64,000 bases of DNA from positions 73,990,524-74,054,523 of the forward strand of contig NC_068983.1 in the NCBI RefSeq assembly GCF_001194135.2, in the 5' to 3' direction. The notes beneath the pieces are model-generated. The model had not been told where the DNA came from. It saw nothing but the letters and a program-made list of their open reading frames with translations, and did no database searches. The stretch comes from Octopus bimaculoides. Taxonomy: Eukaryota. Of this stretch, positions 62,182 to 64,000 are shown one piece after another; within the stretch, counting starts at the first letter, position 1; every line of letters starts with the position of its first letter. The position numbers and the translations under genes were made by a program.

Positions 62182-63760
62182 ATGCAGCTTGCATGAGAGT
62201 GTTCATGCATTCATATTTATTTTCAATACTTTTCTCACAGTATTTATTGCATGTTGGTTTATTTTTTGCATCTGTGATTTTATTTTTGGTCTTCTATGTC
62301 AATAAAGATATTTCCTTCGTTTTGCTGCTTTTCTTTCTACGAAATGAGAAGATACATTGCATAACTTATTTTAATGAGTTATCAATTTATCACCCAATGA
62401 GACACATCTGCACTGTCTGATGCTCCTGAACCAGTTGTTGAATTTTCCATTTATGAGGGATCAATGCTAGATGTGTTGAAACAATTCTTGAGATTAATAA
62501 TAAATTCTTGTATATTTCAGCTTCCATTTACCATATATATATANNNNNNNNNNTATTATAGAAAAAAATTAAGGTACTCAGAAATCTGGATGGTTGTACA
62601 TTTACAGATTTTTATTAATGTCACATGTTTTATAAATCATATAAAGTGCTTTTCACCTAATCGTGTAGGATTTTCAAATTTTATATATATATATATGAGA
62701 GAAATAAAGAAAATAGGGTGTATTTTGCTGTTTTACATGGATTGCTCAACCTGTTAGAAATAGTAGCTTAATCCCCATCAATCTTAACCTGGGATCAAAT
62801 TTCCCTCTGGGAGATGGATTTAATGATGCAATTTCAAAATTCAAACAAAAATTGAACTCCAGTGGGGGGAATTAATTTTAGGCTGAATTTTTTTGTTATT
62901 CACAATGCTTTAATTTGATTTATTTTCCTCAATGTTGATCTTTGAGGATGTTAATGTTAAATTAATGCAAGACAGTGAATGTTGTGTAATAAATTATATT
63001 GTATACAAAACTAACTTGTATGTGGCTGTGGTGGGGGTGGAATCAGATGACGTGGTAAAGAAGGAAGTAAAATAAAAGTGGCTAAGAAACATTGATGTTT
63101 ACTTGAAGTTTCCTTAGTTGCATGTAACTTGATTGCTGATGTAATGTAATGTAATACTGTTAGTCTTGTGAACTTGTTTCCAGGGGTAGCCTAATATCTA
63201 TTCTTTATTCTTTTCTTTTTTGAAACTGGTGTTTTTATTTATTTTATTTTCCTTGAAAAAAACAGGATTAAAAAGAAATGACAGTATTGATTTAGTAACT
63301 TGCTTAGTTCAGGTAGCTGATACTTGTTATTTACAATATTTTCTCATATTCCATTTTAAAATATAAACTAGAATCTCTGAGATTCCTCTCAGACCACATA
63401 GTTGTTGTCTGCAAATAATAAAAAAAGTGATACATTGTATAATGTAATTCTGAAGAAAATATAAGAAAAGAAAGGATGGAATGCTTTAGATTGTAGGGAT
63501 TATAAAAAGAAAAAGAAGTTGTTTTTGGAGTGTCTACACTGTCACTGAGCTAACAAAAAAACTGCTAGCAATAACAGCCAAATGGCACCTTTTTGTCTTA
63601 AAAAGGGAAATATAGATAGTTTGATATAGATAGTTATGGCTGCAATGTCTTTGGCGGACAAGTGTTTCAATCAAGGCTAATGTGAAAATAATCCGGCTTA
63701 AATCTTTTGTCCTGGTTGGTTTCAACTAAGAGGATTTGCAAGACAAACTGGATAGCCTCA

Positions 63761-63846
63761 TTTACATTATTTACATTTGATGGATATTTGTCCTCCTCTT
63801 GTTTGATGTAAATAATGTACATAATTCCTCATCACTTATAGAACTG
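63761..63846. mobile_element. Minimal inverted insertion of SINE family E 3' ends
   Basis: Reverse 3' piece TTTACATTATTTACATTTGATGGATATTTGTCCTC plus forward TGTAAATAATGTACATAATTCCTCATC...ATAGAACTG. 12-bp TSD TGGATAGCCTCA at 63749-63760 and 63847-63858. Confidence 0.85.
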
Positions 63847-63858
63847 TGGATAGCCTCA

Positions 63859-64000
63859 GCTGCTAGCTCTATGCCGAGGCTCTTTTGGCTGCTAGCTCTA
63901 TGCCGAGGCTCTTTTGGCTGCTAGCTCTATGCCGAGGCTCTTTTGGCTGCTAGCTCTATGCCGAGGCTCTTTTGGCTGCTAGCTCTATGCCGAGGCTCTT
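63859..64000. repeat. Perfect 29-bp tandem repeat, ~4.9 copies, runs off the window
   Basis: Unit GCTGCTAGCTCTATGCCGAGGCTCTTTTG repeated without mismatch. Confidence 0.95.

Noticed and set aside
63859-64000. CRISPR-like arrays (29-bp and 72-bp repeats)
   Set aside because: Contiguous repeats with no unique spacers, eukaryotic context and no cas genes.

Overview
AT-rich, repeat-saturated animal DNA with many microsatellites and several N gaps. The SINE/RTE repertoire looks like a coleoid cephalopod (Octopus-like), judged from my recall of repeat families, not from a search. There is no prokaryotic content, CRISPR, rRNA or intact tRNA gene. Most of the window is transposon debris: RTE LINE pieces, mariner and maT-like DNA transposons, a Helitron with a PIF1-helicase tail, Penelope-like elements (PLEs), two solo-LTR-like insertions, MITEs and at least five tRNA-derived SINE families. 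Weak host-gene signals are on the + strand: a promoter-like start near 32.45 kb, small exons at 32.5-35.2 kb and 40.2-41.7 kb, and a possible exon at 19.0 kb. No product could be named. The two most unusual systems are (i) a tRNA-headed short element carrying a hammerhead-ribozyme motif, inserted as PLE-style inverted pairs with TSDs (56.2-56.8 kb, 63.76-63.85 kb), with related hammerheads in PLE remnants (16.4 kb, 21.9 kb), and (ii) two diverged ORF1-only L1/Tx1-like elements stacked at the same site inside a SINE head, whose 3' tail is shared with a variant of that SINE (25.9-29.4 kb).
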